Assembly (NCBI RefSeq): GCF_040938485.1
Contig: NW_027272339.1
Location: 434,001-498,000, forward strand
Length of the DNA: 64,000 nucleotides
Reading direction: 5' to 3'
DNA from: Diadema antillarum
Taxonomy: Eukaryota
Part shown: piece by piece, positions 60,513-64,000 of the stretch
How positions within the stretch are numbered: position 1 is the stretch's first letter
Layout: each line of letters starts with the position of its first letter
Made by a program: the position numbers and the translations under genes
The notes under the pieces: generated by a model
What the model was told of the DNA's origin: nothing
Seen by the model: only the letters and a program-made list of their open reading frames with translations
The model's database searches: none

Positions 60513-63500
60513 AGCAAAAGTATTTTCATTCTCGGACAACAGTTGCTGCCTTTTGCCAGAAAGATTGCAAGACCATGAACATGTCTGGTGAGGCAGAGAG
60601 ATGTGGGAAGACAGCAAGCCATTTCAAGGGATCTCAAGTAGCTGTACGATCTTCATCAACAGCGGCGTCGCAATCAATCGGTAGTAAATGCCGCTACAGA
60701 ACTGACATGCATGTACTTTCTGGCTTGTGCCTGTGCATTTTTATCTGTTTTTGTTCATACTACTGTGTGCACAATTCGAAATTCTATGGAAAAGTGGCAC
60801 AATTTCACCATACAGTAGAAAAGAATCTGGCAAAAGTCATGGCTTTATTACGCCACATGGTTCTGTTGTGTAGCAACGATTGCGCTATTCTCATTACAAA
60901 AAAAACACCCCAAAAACCAAACAAAAACAAATCGCAACAGAAAATCTCACAAAGTTTCACAATGTGTGTCACCATTACTTTGAAAACTTGCAAAGTTAGC
61001 AGGGACAAAAAAATTGCCAAGTTTCTGGAAGAACTGAACAAGCCCAATTTAATCATTCAAGACAGGATAAAGGAAGATTGTCAGAGTGGATACAGATATC
61101 ACATTTAAGTAACTTTGCAATTTTTTCTGCTGTGAGCATTCTCATTACAACACAAATTGTGAAGTTGCACACGATATTACAAACTCTGCACTCTGAACTG
61201 TGAGTTGTTTGTTTTTTGTGCGAAGTGTCCTGCTGAAATTGGTAAAGTTACTAGGCAACCTTCACCCTAACTTTGCACGTTTCTTACTTTGTGGGTTTTT
61301 CAGCCCAGTGAGAATGGCCTTCTGCGGTGTTGGTCAGAGAAAATCAAACAGGAAAAAAGTCTCACCAAATACCTGTGGATGAGATATGTCAAATGGGCAA
61401 AGTATACAGTGCAAAATGCCACCAAAGAAACAGGATAGAAGAGACTATATTGCCTTGCAAAGATGTAAACTCACAAAATGTTCCACACTTTGTTTGAGAC
61501 ATCTTGCCCGTGAGCACACCGACTTCCACAGTCATCCTGTCACTACTTTTCCGCAGTTTTGCTTGCAGAACAATTTTAGGATATGTCACAGAGGAGAACA
61601 TGCTTCTGTCATAGAAAAGACAAATGCCACCAAGATTTCTTCAAAATCGACGATTATGCAGGAAAGTCGTATGCTCACTACCGAGCAAAAGTAGTATGAT
61701 ACCAGAAGTGGGCATCACAACCAGTCACGTGATCCAAATATGAACCACGCTACCCTGCGATGCATCAGCAGAATGAAAAAGAAAAACAAGCATTTAATCG
61801 ATATCCGAGGACACTCTATAGTGGCTGAATAATTTCCATCACTGTCGATCCCTCCAATTCCATACCGATGAAGAAAAACAAAACATATAACCTATCATCT
61901 ATGCACAGGCATAACATACAAACCAAGCCGAGCAAAGAAGAGGCACGCTTGTGCACACAAATCAAATAAATGAATCTCAACGTACCGTAAGGAGGTTGCC
62001 GTATGTAACAACGTCATTGATAAATTCCAAATCAGGGGGGGGGGGGGCGCTATTCCAATCACCCTACGTATCAGAGCAGCGGTTCAGCGAGGGCTTTTGT
62101 AGTGAAAGATAACCGACTTCACTCTGTCAAATGATGCAGTTTGTCGCCGTCTTTTATACCGCCCTCACACAAAGAGAGTTTCCTTCCTCTGATTACACAA
62201 TCGGGTAAAGTCCCCTCCACGTTCTCTTCCTCCTCCTCCATCATAACAAAACAAACTGTAGAGAAGTATATAAACCTGGTGTACCAATATATCCATGTAT
62301 GTTGGTATTTTGTGTTTGTTTGTTTTTGTGGTTTTTTTTAGGGGAGGGGAGGGGCACACTCACTCTCTTTAGCCAGTCATTGTGGTGGCTGACCCACTCC
62401 CAAACTCAAGTTCAACATTTCAGTGCAGGTCACTAGGGAATTGAAACTAAAATTGAGCGAGCAATACGAACTGTCGCCTCCATTTCTCTGTAACTGGGAA
62501 AAGGGATATTTTCGCAATTCATAGTCAGGTATGTACAGATCTATTATGGTTTGTCTGCTTGCTGCTTCTTTTTTTAAACTGGGCATGAAAAAAATAAGAA
62601 ATTCAAGTGTCACAATATAACACAAGCTACTGGTTTGCAAAGACTACTTTATTTGCCATACATAGCGAGTCTAATTCTTTGTGAATAGGGACTTCCTGAC
62701 AATTTCGCAAGTGATTAAATTCACAATTGTAGAGTGCATTAATGAATGGAGAAATGCACATGTATGTGCATGTCGCATTAATGTCAAGATCAATGTTAAT
62801 AATTTCATGCGTTATCTCCATGAAAAGCATCTGCTTTGTGAATTTTGCAAAAATAAAAACCTCACAAAATGTATGGCTTATACAGTATCATATAAATATG
62901 TTCTACCTTCTCTCATATCTATCCAGTGTCGATTGCATTAAAAGACAAAAAAGCAAAATAATGCTCTTTATCATCATTTATTTATTTTTTTTGGCAAATG
63001 TACATATTGTCTTGTCTTGTGATATTGAGATGTGAATTTATTCATATACAATTTTGATTTCTTCAATTTAACATATGAGGGGATTTTGTCCCCTTAAATA
63101 CATATTTTCCATGTTCATTAGGTATGGTGCGCGAGCAAATAACCAACTGATGATAAAAAAACCCAACTCAAACTAAATGCAGATATTGTAACTAAAACTG
63201 TAACGCGATAGCACAATGTAGTATACAAAGTGTATTGTACACATCCACTTCACAAAAGTGATATCCAAACACCGTAAAATCAGAAATGTTCATGTGCACT
63301 TTAATTTTGCAAATTTTGTGAGAGCCAAAATTCACAAAGTTAAAATGCGAGCAAAAGTTCTTGTCTACACTATAATGCATCTATAGGATGCCAGTGGCAA
63401 TTCGCGAAAATTTCATGCTGCGAAAAAGGTCGTTGGCTGTAATTCATGAAAATTTCATGCTGTGAATATTTCTTACTTTTTAGTAGCTTAGACACCTCTA

Positions 63501-64000
63501 GTATCACTGTTCAATGGTCAGCATTATTAAAGAGACAAATATCAACCAAAAGTCAGATAAATTTTCCTAGTTTATGGTGACACAGCACGACAAAGTTTCG
63601 ACCGCTTCCTCCCATTTTTGCGTAAAAAAGAAGATCTAATTTCATAGTACTCACGTCTCCAAAGGAACATGACCTATCCCCACAAAAGCTTCCATAAAAA
63701 TATCAAATATCGAGTTTCTGCCGAGTCTACAGAATTGTTAGCCCTCATGATGAATATATGTGTTTTCTCCTACTCTGTTTCCAACAAAAACCCACAATAA
63801 GAAAACAAAATTCACAAATCACAAATCTTCCACAGAACTGATATGAAAGCTGATAAGCAATGAACTGCGCTGTGAGGATTTCCCCTGCGACCAAATACCG
63901 GCCCCACATGACCAGAGCGCTTCTCAGTGAACATGCAGAACAGAATTTTCCATCATGTAGCTTCTAGAATCATTCTCAAGAAAAGATATTAAAGGATCCT

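Noticed and set aside
60575-61108. 177-aa + strand ORF upstream of the zinc-finger gene
   Set aside because: No domain, compositionally drifts into A-rich repeat; may overlap a minus-strand UTR exon, but splice sites could not be supported.

Overview
Eukaryotic (animal) genomic DNA, repeat-rich, with spliced genes and four short N gaps (32227-32355, 41153-41309, 44124-44252, 60080-60221). The MITE and poly-G repeat styles suggest a marine invertebrate, possibly a sea urchin, but that is inference. Host genes: (1) the 5' nine coding exons of a membrane-anchored trefoil+GH31 alpha-glucosidase-like gene on the minus strand, running off the left edge, with several unusual active-site substitutions; (2) two tandem, two-exon paralogues of a P-loop sulfotransferase-like family (22619-24500 and 39906-43409); (3) a single-coding-exon, four-finger C2H2 zinc-finger gene (57334-59130, minus). 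Mobile DNA dominates the middle. A 5.0-kb Ty3/gypsy LTR element (17132-22176, minus) has ~99% identical 1.25-kb LTRs, a tRNA-Leu PBS and a PPT, but only an open gag-protease ORF; RT, RNase H and integrase are deleted in frame. A 14.1-kb Polinton/Maverick (adintovirus-like) endogenous virus (25511-39606) has AGTAGT termini, ~710-bp TIRs and a perfect 6-bp TSD (GACAGA), and sits between the two sulfotransferase-like paralogues. Its integrase, minor and major capsid, adenain protease, packaging ATPase and core-protein genes are intact, but its protein-primed PolB has lost its N-terminus and its whole exonuclease domain. Best leads: an unrecognised ~300-aa accessory gene at the Polinton left end whose C-terminal half can be hand-aligned to a Bcl-2 fold; a second tRNA-Leu-complementary site in the LTR U5; and the altered GH31 active site. 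All alignments were done by eye; no database searches were run.
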